From Mobula hypostoma (Eukaryota), in contig NC_086100.1 of NCBI RefSeq assembly GCF_963921235.1, forward strand, positions 49,352,001 through 49,416,000: a DNA stretch of 64,000 nucleotides, in the 5' to 3' direction. Below the pieces are notes generated by a model. It saw nothing but the letters and a program-made list of their open reading frames with translations, did no database searches and was not told the DNA's origin. The position numbers were made by a program, and so were the translations under genes. Each line of letters opens with the position of its first letter. Positions within the stretch are counted from its first letter, which is position 1. Below are positions 49,194 through 60,875 of the stretch, piece after piece.

Positions 49194-51980
49194 GCACCTC
49201 TTCCTACAGATGCTGCTTGGCCTGCTGCGTTCACCAGCAACTTTGATGTATGTTGCTTGAATTTCCAGCATCTGCAGAATTCCTGTTGTTTACAATTAGA
49301 TATTGGCAGGTTTGACATTATAGGCATTACTGAATTGAGAGAAGATCACAGCTGGGAGCTTAGCATCCAAGGATATACATAGTATCAAGAGGACAGGCAG
49401 GTGGGCAGAGGGAGTGGAGTTGCTTTGGTAAAAAAAAATAAAATCAAATACTTAGAAGTGACATAGGATTAGCAGATGTAGATTTTTATGGGTAGAATTA
49501 AGAAAATGCAAGGGTAAAAAGACTTATGGGAGTTATATACTGCCTCTGAACAGAAGCTAGGATGTGGGATACAAATTACAATGGGAGATAGAAAGGGCAT
49601 GTAAAAAGGGTGTACGATGGTCATGGGGGGTTTCAATATACAGGTAGATTAGGAAAATCAGGTTGGTGCTGGATCCAAAGAGAAGGAATTTGCAGAATGC
49701 CTACAAGAATGCTTTATATAGCAGCTTGTGGTCAAGCCCACTAGGGAAAAGGCAATTCTGCTTTCGTTGTTGTGTAATGAACTAGACTTGATTAGGGAAC
49801 TCAAGGTAAAAGAACCCTTAGGAGGCAGTGATCTATCATAATGTATAATTCAAGAATCATTGGACCAGATAGAAGACACTGGCTGAATATCAGAAATGCA
49901 GGAGTGTGAGGGGGTAGAAGTGAGTGTTGTTGCTATTATTAAAGAGAAGGTGCTTGGGAAGCTAAAAAATCTGAAGGTAGATAAGTTACCTGGACCAGGT
50001 AAACTACACCCCAGGGTTCTGAAAGATGTAGCTGAAGAATTTGTGGAGGCATTAGTAATGATCTTTCAAGAAATAATACATCCTGAAATTATTTCTGAGG
50101 ACTGGAAAATCGCAAATGTCACTCCACTTTTTAAGAAGGGAAGGAGGCCAAAGAAAAGAAATTATAGGCCAGTTTGCCTGACTTCAGTGGTTGGAAAGAT
50201 GTTGGAGTCTATTATTAAGGACAAGGTTTTGGGATGCTTAGAGGGACATGATAAAATAGGTCAAGTCATCATGGTTTTCTAAAAGGGAAATCTTGCCTGA
50301 CAAATCTGTTAGAATTATTTGAGGAAATAACAGATAGGATAGATAAAAGCGAGTCAGTTGATGCTGTTTATCTGGATTTGACAAGATGCCACACGTGAGG
50401 CTGCTAAACAAGATAAGAACCCATGGTATTGCAGTAAAGGTACTGAAGTGACCAGAAAATCGGCAGAGGCAAAGATTGGGAATAAGTGGGGCCTTTTCAT
50501 TGCTGGTAGTGACTAGTGGTGTTCCATGGGGTCAGTGTTGGGTCTGTTACTTTGTTAATGAACTGGATGATGCAATTGATAACAAAGAACTAGCAGGTGG
50601 AATACAGAGCGGGGAATTATATGGTCAAGCACTTTGAAATTAGGAATAAAGGTGTAGACTGTTTTCTAAACAGGGAATAGATTTGGGAATCCCAGTGCAG
50701 GACTCCCTAAAGGTTAACTTGCAGGTTGAGTCAGCAGTAAGGAAAGCAATTGCAATGCTAGTATTCATTTCAAGAGGACTAGAGTATAAAAGCAATGATG
50801 TAATGCTGATACTTTATAAGGAATTAGACCACATTTGGAGTATTGTGAGCAGCTCTAGGTCCCTTATTTCAGAAAGTATATGCTGACATCGGAGAGGGTC
50901 CAGAGATTTACAAGAATAATGAGTTCAGATAACTGCAATGTGCTCAGACAGGATGAGGCGCTGTTCTGCAAGCTTACATAAGGCCATGTATTAACAGGGA
51001 GGAGGCTACATGTCAGTGGGAGTAGGTTCCATGGGCTGGTTCATTTGGTATGATGTTGAAAATGCTGCAGAACATTATGTAATCATCAGCAAGCATTCTC
51101 ACTTCCACCCACACAGCCTGCTGAGTTCCTCCAGCATCTTGTTTGTGCTCTAGATTCCAGCAAGTGGAAACTTTTGTCTCTATTCTGATTTCTAATCTTA
51201 TAGAAGGAAGGGCATTTAAGTAACTGAAGACAATTAGACTTGGGTCTTGTGAAACACCTGCGGTCGTATCCAGAGGCTGGGGTGATTGACTTCTAAACTG
51301 CTGCCTCCTGTATATATCAGTTTTATGTATTTAACTTGTTTTGCTGTTTTGGCCCAAACTGCACCCATTTTGAAGAGTTCTTCCTTTTGCCTGTCCTTCC
51401 CTACACTCCGTGCAACCCCAAAAGTTACACAATGAGTTCATCAGACACAATCTATATTAAGCTCATGCACCCATACAGCTTTTTCTATTGTACTTTTAAT
51501 TATTTTAAAAATACTTCCTTTACATATTTAAAAGTGATGACCCGGTGGAGTTTGATTGAAGCAAAACATAGGGATTATTAGTGATGTTCAGTCCACCACT
51601 ATGTAACTATTCTAAGTAATTTTTCAAATGAATTTCAGTTAGGTACAACTATTTCCTCAGTTAACGAAAATACGTAATTTATGATTTTAAAATCTGTCTT
51701 GTGACCTTGTGCCCCGAAGAACCTTTTTTTTGGTTAAAGCCTCTTAAAAACCTCAAAATAAGTGTACATAGTGGAAACTTTCACAGGAGATAAAAGTCAC
51801 TGAGTGTGTGGCCAATTTTACAGGGAGATCATAAATATATCCAAGAAATTAGTGCAAAAGGTATGAACATGAGTTGTGCTGTACTTAATCTGTACTTAAA
51901 ATTCATTAGCACCAATTTCAGGAGAATTGTATTGAAAAGAAATGGTTAATTGGTAATTCCAAATATTTAATTAAGATATA

Positions 51981-53065
51981 CAGTGGATTCTGGTTAATTG
52001 GACCTTCAGTTATTTGGGGCAGCCGCTTATTTAGGACAACTTTTAAAGAACAAAAACTAACTGAGGAAATAGCCAGCATTCCCTTCATTTATTTGGGACA
52101 CTATGCCGCTTAATTGGGACAGGAGACTGTTGCCGAACAGTTTCCAATTGATATCAGTTGCTTGCACTTGTGTGGACATTAAATACTACACTGTGCTTAG
52201 AGTGAACTGTTTTTAAATAGCTTCAGTTGTAGGTGTTTGTGTTCATAAAGCAGTAGTGATTTTTGTCACTGTTCATTACTGAGAGATAAGCAGTACGACA
52301 ATTTAGAACTGTTTTGCTCTCTGCAATTTCAAGTGTTCAGACTTGAAAGTGCCAGAAACGGCTGGGAGTGAAAATGACATGATTTCACTACTTCAATAAT
52401 GAAGAATTTTAAGATATCGGCATTCATATTAATGTCACCTTTGTTCCCCACTGGATACTCAGCTCTCACCTGTGGTTTCAAGTAGCTGTTTGCATGTGAC
52501 AGCAGCTACACCCCGGTACGCTGCTTCAGAAGGCGGGCTAAACCCGGTGAGGGTAGCCAGTGGATCTCATACCATAGCTGGCAAGAGAGGGGCATGCATG
52601 TTTTAGCATACTAAGTCAGCTCTGGTGGTATGGACAGATAAGGTTTACAGTTAGATCCAACAGCTAGGAAGGTAGTTCTGCCAAGCTATGTGGAAAGCGA
52701 AGTAATGAGGCACCAAAGAACTTATGGTCATCTACTGCAACTGGGGAAGAAGACCCCAGATGTAACGTTTACTCATACCACTTGACCTGGACTTCCAAAA
52801 TCAAGAGAGTGGAACTTCTCCAGTGCAATGGCTTTTCCACTTTAAAAGCTCCTGCTCAGGTTTCCTGTCACCTTTGGATGTGATGGAAAGCCTGCAGTGG
52901 CATTAGTAGTGTTCTAATTTGTTCTGTATTTCATTTAAATACATAATGTTACTCAGTTAAATGGTAGTTTGTTTTTTTTTATTTCCATGAAACTTCAGCT
53001 AGTTGGGCAGCTACTTGTGCCAAAATGCACTGGTCGCGATGTGTCTCAATTAACCAGAATCCACT
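51981..53065. mobile_element. Tigger-like MITE family 2 copy carrying a ~460-bp foreign insert
   Basis: Same TIRs and internal sequence as 35678-36389, apart from about 52435-52895. Confidence 0.82.
52435..52895 (+). mobile_element. putative RTE-related non-autonomous element with a structured 5' end
   Basis: Absent from the sister MITE copy; nested helices at 52448-52563. The resemblance to RTE-clade 5' UTRs is from memory and unverified. Confidence 0.4.
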
Positions 53066-53618
53066 TATAATTTCTAACTGATTCTTAGTAATAATTAGCC
53101 AGTTCCTTATGGTTGGTGGATTAGCTTCATTCTATTCCAAATTGTAAGAGAATAAATTCCTTTTTGTTAAAGTATATTCAGATCATCATGCATGACATGT
53201 CGTCACTGACCTAACAGATGCCACAAGGACTACAGTTGTGATTACTGGGCAAAAGAGTTGGGAAAATGCAAATACTCAGTTAGGGTTACCACTGCTGACT
53301 TGCAGAACAAAAGGGAAAATGAAGATGTCATTCAAGGCATTGTTCAAATTAAAATACAGTGGATTCCAGTTAATTGGGACACATCAGGACAGGACATTTT
53401 GGCCCAATTAAGAGGCTGCCCCAATTAGCCTAACAGAGTTTCATGGAAATAGTTAAAGAGGTATGAAAAAAAGACAAACTACTGTTTAATTGAGTAATTT
53501 AAATTATGTATTTAAATGAAAGAACAAATGAGAACACTAGCAATACTACTATAGTATTAAACTTTTTTTGCAAAATGTAAGTCACTTTAACTTATTTAAA
53601 TGTTTTCTATTATTAAAG

Positions 53619-53776
53619 GTCAAACTTAACAGAGCTTCAGAAAATTGGGCTGGGTTCAGAAAATCAGACTAGGTTGACTCAACAGAGTAGAGTTTTGCAT
53701 ACTACTAATTCCTGTAAAGGACTAGAAGAATTCTTTGATGATCCGGGCAACTGGGGAGAACCAACTGTAAAGTCCG
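53619..53776 (+). CDS. MRPL47: MRPL47 exon 2
   Basis: ...[30 protein letters not shown](G), containing the conserved GLEEFFDDP motif; 158 nt; GTGAGT donor. Confidence 0.93.
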
Positions 53777-54569
53777 GTGAGTGTCTTATAAAATACTAAA
53801 GTCATGCATTTGAACACACCTGCAGAGGTGTGATGTTTAATTCAAGTGTGTAGTTTTCTTGTAAATTTTTAATTTGAAAATAACAGCACAGTGCACTTCA
53901 GAATCAGGTTTATCATCACCGGCGTGTGACGTGAAATTTGTTTGAAAGAATGTACAGTTGTGTAGAAATTAGAACTCAATTCCTGCTCCTCTAAGTGTAC
54001 TGTGTTTAGCACCAATGTCCATTGAGTTGTACTCAAAAATATTGTGAAATTAGGCAAAAATATGCTGGAAGTAGCACTATGCCGACAGAGCTCAAATGCA
54101 ATGTCTTTTCCATGCTGATAACTTGGAAATGAGTCACTGTTTAAAGATTTTGTTTCCACGGTAGGCACTTTACAGTAGTAGAAAAAGGAGCATGGAGGTG
54201 AGGGATGCAGTGATTTCAATTTTGTTTGACCCACTCTATCCACACCTTCCCCTTCCACTCCTTTCATATAAGGCTGAACAACTTGTGCATTGTCTTGGCT
54301 GAAGAGGCTAGTAATCATAATGTAAAAGAAAATGCTGCAAGACATTGAGGATGCAGTGCAGTTTACCTTTTCCTAAAGCTGTGTAATACTGTATGCTTCT
54401 AGTTGTGTTGATGGATTGTGGAAATTGTAGGTTTTCCTACAATCGCTGCAATTTGTCAGGAGTGAAAAACTCGTGTACAGTCTAATAGTATCTACTTAAT
54501 TGATACGATCAATCACAGGAGTTTCAAGGTGTATTGGAAAGTTTATGGCCTACTTTTCCAATAGGCTCT

Positions 54570-56463
54570 AACTCATAATTCCCACACCCTGTACTGCTCG
54601 GTTTTACCTCCTCCCCAAGATCCACAAGCCTGACTGTCCCGGCAGACCCATAGTTTCTGCCTGCTCCTGTCCCACTGAACTTGTATCTGCCTACCTGGAC
54701 TCATTTTGTCACCCAGTCTCTCCCCACCTACATCCGGGATACATCCCATGCCCTCCACCTCTTCAATAACTTCCAGTTCCCCGGTCCCAACCGCTTCATT
54801 TTCACTATGGATGTCCAATCCCTATACACCTCCATTCCCCATGAAGAAGGCCTCAAAGCCCTCCGCTACTTTCTGGATAATAGACCTCACCAGTTCCCCA
54901 CCACCACTACCCTCCTCCGGGTGGCGGAACTGGTTCTCACACTCAATAACTTCTCTTTTGGCTCTTCCCACTTTCTTCAGACCAAGGGTGTAGCTATGGG
55001 AACTCGCATGGGCCCTAGCTATGCCTACCTCTTCGTTGGTTATGTGGAACAGTCTGTGCTCCAAACCTATTCTGGTACTGCTCCCCAACTTTTCCTTCAG
55101 TGCATTGACGACTACATTGGTGTTGCTTCCTGCACCCATGCTGAGCTTGTCAATTTCTTCGACTTTACTTCTAACTTCCACCCAACCCTCAAATTCACTT
55201 GGTCTATCTCGGACACTTCTCTCCCCTTTCTCGATCTCTCGGTCTCCATCTCTGAAGATAGACTGTCCACTGACATCTTCTACAAGCCCACTGACTCTCA
55301 TAACTACCTCAACTATACCTCTTCCCACCCCGCCACATGCAAAAATGCCATTCCCTATTCCCAGTTCCTCCGTCTCTGCCACATCTGCTCCGAGGATGAG
55401 GTTTTCCGTTCCAGGACATCTCAAATGTCCTCTTTCTTCAAGGATCGTGGTTTCCCTTCTGCTGCCATCAATGATGCCCTCACCCGCATCTCCTCCATTT
55501 CTCGCACTTCGGCTCTCACCCCATCCTCCCGCCACCACAACAGGGACAGAGTTCCCCTTGTCCTCACCTACCACCCCACTAGCCTCCGGATCCAACACAT
55601 TATCCTCCGCAACTTCTGCCACCTTCAACATGACCCCACCACTAAGCACATCTTTCCCTCTCCACCTTCTGCAGGGATCCATCCCTCCACAACTGCCTGG
55701 TCCACACGTCCCTCCCCACGGATCTCCCACCTGGCACTTATCCCTGTAAGCGCAAGTGCTACACCTGTCCCTACACCTCCTCTCTTGCCACCGTTCAGGG
55801 CCCCAAACAGCACTTCCAAGTGAGGCAACACTTCACTTGTGAGTCTGTTGGGGTCATCTATTGCATCTGGTGCTCCCGGTGCGGCCTCCTCTACATCGGT
55901 GAAACCCGACGCAGACTGGGGGACCGCTTCATCGAGCACTTCTGCTCCGTCCGCCAAAACAGACAGGATCTCGCAGTAGCCACCCACTTCAACTCTGTTT
56001 CCCACTCCCATTCAGATATGTCCATACATGGCCTCCTCTGCTGCCACGATAAGACTAAACTCAGGTTGGAGGAGCAACACCTCATATACCATCTAGGTAG
56101 TCTCCAGCCCCTTGGTATGAACATAGAATTCTCCAACTTCTGGTAATTCCCTCCCCCTCCCTTCCTCCATCCCTATGTCACTCTGCCCCCACCCCCAGCT
56201 GCCTACCACCTCCCTCTTCGTTTCCCCTTTCCTGTCTATCACCTCCCTGCTTCCTGTCCCCCACCCCTTTATCTTTCCCCTTACTGGTTTTTCACCTGGA
56301 ACCTACCAGCCTTCTCCTTCCCACCCTCCCCCCACCTTCTTTATAGGGCCTCTGCCCCTTCCCCCTACAGTCCTGACGAAGGGTTCCGGCCCGAAGCGTT
56401 GACCGATCTTTTCCACAGATGCTGCCCGACCTGCTGAGTTCCTCCAGCATGTTGTGAGTGTTG
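54570..56463 (+). mobile_element. Penelope-like retroelement, second subfamily, 5'-truncated, in MRPL47 intron 2
   Basis: [52 protein letters not shown], then frameshifted GIY-YIG (VIYCIWCSRCGLLYIGET); pyrimidine-rich 3' UTR; degenerate hammerhead at 56373-56400. Confidence 0.92.
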
Positions 56464-56672
56464 AACTGAACACTAGTGTGCTCTAACAGTAAACCACTGC
56501 CAACCCCATCACCCATAATAGCCAGGATTTGCAATGCAAGATAGGGAAGCTCAATTACTATTAAGTGTATTTAATTATTTTCGAAACCAATTATCTGGGC
56601 TATAGGCCTGGTCTTGTTTCTAAATAGTTTTCGGAACTGTAATATTTGAATGTTTTAAAAATTGCTTTGTAG

Positions 56673-56733
56673 GTGCACCCTGGACAGCAAAACAGCTAAG
56701 ATTAAAAAGCAATGAGGATTTACATAAGCTCTG
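56673..56733 (+). CDS. MRPL47: MRPL47 exon 3
   Basis: (G)[19 protein letters not shown](W), the uL29m core motif; 61 nt. Confidence 0.95.
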
Positions 56734-56890
56734 GTACATTTTTTATGGTTATTTCTTTTTGAAAAATCTCATTCTGTAATTTTCATTATATTGCGCTGTG
56801 CTGAAATGAATAGATTTCAATTTCCTTGAATTTGAGCTTTCACTTTTTTGTAGGTCAGACTAACACTAACTAATTATATTCTTGATACAG

Positions 56891-56987
56891 GTATGTCCTT
56901 CTCAAAGAAAAGAACATGCTTTTGACAATAGAACAAGAAGCAAAACGACAAAGATTACAAATGCCAAGTCCAGAGCGCTTAAAAAAA
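56891..56987 (+). CDS. MRPL47: MRPL47 exon 4
   Basis: [32 protein letters not shown]; 97 nt; GTAAGG donor. Confidence 0.96.
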
Positions 56988-57161
56988 GTAAGGCAAGAAT
57001 TCCAATTCTTGATGTAGTTTTCTTTAACGATGTAATGGAATTTACTTTAGTTCTATTTTTATTTATCATGATTTCTCAAGATGAGCTACTATTAATGTTT
57101 TAACCATAGTTTGCATTGGAGGTATTTTCTGATTTCCATGCAATATCTTTTAATATTTTAG

Positions 57162-57292
57162 GTAGAAAGATCTATGACTAGAATTGACACCATTGTTCAC
57201 GAACGTGAAAAGGCACTGAGGTTGTTGCAGACTGGGCAACAGAGGAGCTATCCTGGTGCTTGGAGAAAAACCATCTTTGGACAAACCTATTG
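57162..57292 (+). CDS. MRPL47: MRPL47 exon 5
   Basis: [43 protein letters not shown](W); 131 nt. Confidence 0.95.
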
Positions 57293-57575
57293 GTCAGATA
57301 TGTTAACAATTCTGCATTATTTGGCCCCAATTTGAATTTCACATTTTGTTTCTCTTGTCTCAATAGTCTATTACCCAAGATTAATGAAATACTGCCACAA
57401 CAGGAAAATCATTAGTGTTCAGTAAAAGCTAAAGTAATATTTATTTCCAAGTGCTTTACACATAAAATCTTTCAAATCCTGGTACAAGTGCATTAGTATG
57501 TAAGTATAAAAAAACATGGTATTGTAATGATTTTCCATTGCTGTAACTTTTTACTAATTTTATATTTTATTCTAG

Positions 57576-57671
57576 GTATAAATTTAAGGAATGGCCTATT
57601 CCTTGGTACCTAAACAAAATATACAGAAGGAAACGATTCTACACTCCAGCATATGTGGACATTTTTGTTAG
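57576..57671 (+). CDS. MRPL47: MRPL47 exon 6
   Basis: [31 protein letters not shown](R); 96 nt; AG/GT borders. Confidence 0.95.
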
Positions 57672-58300
57672 GTAAATCAATTTGACTACCATTAGCTTTT
57701 CGTTGAAAAAAGTTTTTGTATTTTTGATCATTATTTTCTGTTCAGCTTTTTTAAGACTAGCATAGACACTGGGCTTTCACGTTGTAAATTTAAGAATTCT
57801 GTACACTAAATGGATGCTAATGTGTGGAAACTAGAGCAAATTTGGTTGTAGATTTTACTCCTGCTGTAGCTATAAATTGATTTTTCTCTAAACTTGGTTA
57901 GAAAATAATCCTCATAGTAAAATGAGTAAAGCTCTCAAGTGTAAGTTGAGTAAAATTCAAGTGAAAAGTTGGAGACAAAGTGTTAGTTTTCTGCAAGTAA
58001 AATTCTACTAGTCTTCCCTGCACTTGCCCTGGATTGGTAAAAATTGAACTCTTCAAAATCTTAATCCTCTCAACAGTAACTGATACTTGCTGTGATTTTT
58101 AAAACACACACACACATATATATATATTTGCTTGTGTAGCATCTAGTGATATTGGCAGCAAATTGCTCAAAGTCAGGAGATGATGGCCTATGCTTAAGTA
58201 ATTCACTAATGTTTCTACGTGGCCAATAACTAGTACACCATACTCCAACAAAAGAAAAACTGAGGAAAATCACAAACTAATCTTGTTTTATTTGTGCTAG

Positions 58301-58394
58301 GCGTCAGATTGAGAAGTACCTACGGAAAAAGAACCGTGTAAAGAAGAAACAACCAGTACTACAGGAGAAAATCTCTCAAGCTTCTGCAACATAA
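58301..58394 (+). CDS. MRPL47: MRPL47 exon 7 (last coding exon)
   Basis: RQIEKYLRKKNRVKKKQPVLQEKISQASAT-stop after a tgtgctag acceptor. The seven exons sum to 732 nt = 243 aa. Confidence 0.88.
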
Positions 58395-58435
58395 TTAAGT
58401 TTACAATGTAAATATGAAAATAAGTGTAAGGACAG

Positions 58436-58441
58436 TTTATT
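58436..58441 (-). terminator. candidate ACTL6A polyadenylation signal AATAAA
   Basis: tttatt on the + strand; the first canonical hexamer I found downstream of the ACTL6A stop at 58865. Confidence 0.5.
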
Positions 58442-58471
58442 ACCTGTTCTAATATTGCATATAAATTATAC

Positions 58472-58477
58472 ATTAAA
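58472..58477 (+). terminator. candidate MRPL47 polyadenylation signal ATTAAA
   Basis: First canonical-type hexamer downstream of the stop at 58394. Confidence 0.5.
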
Positions 58478-58864
58478 GTTTGTTCATAAAACAGATAAAG
58501 ACTATGGTTAGTTCATTCCACTTCTTGCTGGTTTAGCCTGCAGGTGATAATGTAAACAACAGATTCGATAAAAGGCACAAGATCTAATTGGATTACAAAA
58601 ATATTGAAATATTGTTATTACTTGAAGAAAGCATGATTTGTATCAAAAACAGTACTAAATTTAAAGTTTAAAATTTTGCATTTTTGTTTTGGGAACTTGG
58701 TTGACCTATTATTTCAACAGTTTAAAAAAATTCTTAAAATATACACTAATATCTAGCCACTATACAATGATCATGAAAAAAATATACAGGAGGTTCCTGA
58801 GAATCCTACTTGAGAGAACAAACAAGGCATAGGTAATGTATGAACTTAATTGCTAAAAAAATAT

Positions 58865-58999
<135 letters not shown>

Positions 59000-59188
59000 C
59001 TATACGCAATTATTTTGCATACTAAACTAACTAAAAAGCCTGGAGAAAAATGAAACTCTGAACTGATGGCCTTTAGTAACAGAAGGTCAGTTTTATAAGC
59101 ACGCTATAAGATAACAAGAAGTATACACCACATTGAGAAGGAGAGGGAAGGAGAAACAAGAGCTGTAAAATTTATAGGAACAAACATA

Positions 59189-60708
59189 TAGTTGTAAAAG
59201 TTTGAAACCCTTTGTAATTAACTGTTTTCAATGTGATTTGATCTTCATCTAAGTTGCAATTATAGACAAACACAATCTGGTTAAACTATAGCACACAAAC
59301 AATTGTACTAATCAATACTGAGTACACCATTTAAACAGTCAGTCTAGGTTCAAAAAAAAGTGAACCTCTGGGGTACTGCCTTCTCCAGAAGCTATTTCGA
59401 GTCAGGTATTCCAATCAATGAGATGAGATTGGAAGTGTGGGTTGTAAAGGTGCCCTATCCTATTAAAAATAAATACACACAAAGTCAGGTTACTGACAGA
59501 GCCTGGTCTTCTCAAGAAAGATCTGTTTATGTGCTCCATGCCTTGATCAAAACAACTTTGAGGACCTTAGAACTGTAGAGATGCATGAAGCTGTTAAAGG
59601 CTACAAAAACATTTCTAAAGACCTGAGTGTTCATCAGTCCACAGTAAGAGAAATTATCTGCAAATGGAGGAAACTCAGTACTGTTGCTACTCTCCCTAGG
59701 AGTGGGCACGCTGCACCTGCAAAGATCACATTAAGAGCACAATGTGCAATGTTGAAAGAGGTGAAAAAGAACCCAACAGCAACAGCAAAGGACCCGCAAA
59801 AATCTGTAGAGCCAGCTGAAGTCTCAGTTCATGTGTTCACTACAAGAACAATAATAATGGTGTTCATGGAAGGACACCACAGAGGAAACCACTGCTCTCC
59901 AAAATAACATTGCTGCACACCTCAAGTTGCAAAAGACCACCTGGATGTTCTACAACGCATTTGGGACAATGTTCTGTGCACAGATGAGACAAAAGTTGAA
60001 CTTTTTGGCAGAAATGCAAACTGCTATGTTTGGAGGAAAAAGGGCACTGCACACCAACATCAAAACTTCATCCCAACTGTGAAAAATGGTGGAAGGAGCA
60101 TCATGATTTTAGGCTGCTTTGCTGCCTCAGGACCTGAACAGCCTGCAATCTTTGAGGGAACAATGAATTCAAAGACATCTAACAGGAGAATGTCAGGGTA
60201 GCAGTCTTAACCTTCAGGTTGATGATGCAACAAGACAATGGTCCAAAAACGCAAGAGTAAACCAACAAGAGAATGGTTTAAAAAGGAACATTTGTGTTTT
60301 GGAATGGCCAAGTCTGAGTCTAGACCTTAACCTAATTGAGATGCTGTGGCATGACCTGAGGAGGGCTGTTCATGCAAGGTATCCTAGAAATATTGATAAA
60401 CAAACAGTTTTGTATGGAGGAATGGATTAAAATTTCTCCTTGCCTTTGTGTAAGTCTGATCAGTAGCTGTATGAAACGTTTGGTGGTGGTGGTTGCTGCT
60501 AAAGGAGGTTCTACCAGTTATTAAATAGAAGGGTTCACATACTTTTTCCAGTCTGGACTGTGAGTGATTCAGCAAAGTTCAATGAAGACGTGAAAAGTAC
60601 AATTGTTTGTGTGTTATTAGTTTAGACAGATTGTGTTTGTCTATTATTGTGATTTAAACGAAGATCAGACCACATTGCAAAGGATTCACAAATGTTTTCT
60701 TACAACTG
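59189..60708 (+). mobile_element. Tc1 transposon with long (IR/DR-type) inverted repeats, degenerate, in the last ACTL6A intron
   Basis: MHEAVKGYKNISKDLSVHQSTVREII; WDNVLCTDETKVELFG; QQDN; WPSLSLDLNLIE; ~200-bp inverted ends. Confidence 0.9.
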
Positions 60709-60758
60709 TATATACAATTAAAGAAACAAGTTTAATATAATCATGTTGAAATGAACTA

Positions 60759-60875
<117 letters not shown>

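Larger units (their letters stand above)
46307..49290. mobile_element. Penelope-like retroelement (Neptune-type RT + GIY-YIG), 5'-truncated inverted duplication forming a ~3 kb palindrome
   Basis: Arms 46307-47752 (-) and 47811-49256 (+) are reverse complements. ORFs carry RT motifs (LRYIDD, LPFLD, YKPT), a Cys-rich linker (CKRNKCYTC) and GIY-YIG (IYCVRCSRCGLLYIGET...RFAEH...E...GMN). 34-nt unpaired tail 49257-49290. 15-bp TSD TACAATTAGATATTG at 46292-46306 and 49291-49305. Confidence 0.93.
46170..50930 (+). mobile_element. old CR1 ORF2 remnant, host of the Penelope palindrome
   Basis: APE start (LYLN...KVDDLVVQLDIGRFDIIGITE) reads through once the insertion and one TSD copy are removed; RT fragments 49896-50886. 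Confidence 0.85.

Noticed and set aside
46307-49290. Palindrome as an assembly fold-back artefact
   Set aside because: Flanked by a 15-bp TSD, asymmetric 34-nt tail, diverged arms, and the same architecture recurs at 43805.
53869-54345. 158-aa minus-strand ORF in MRPL47 intron 2
   Set aside because: No recognisable domain; it starts at a non-ATG codon and runs into a LINE tail remnant; likely chance.
54822-55749. 302-aa (-) and 242-aa (+) ORFs as separate proteins
   Set aside because: Shadow frames of the C-rich Penelope ORF; low-complexity composition with no independent motifs.
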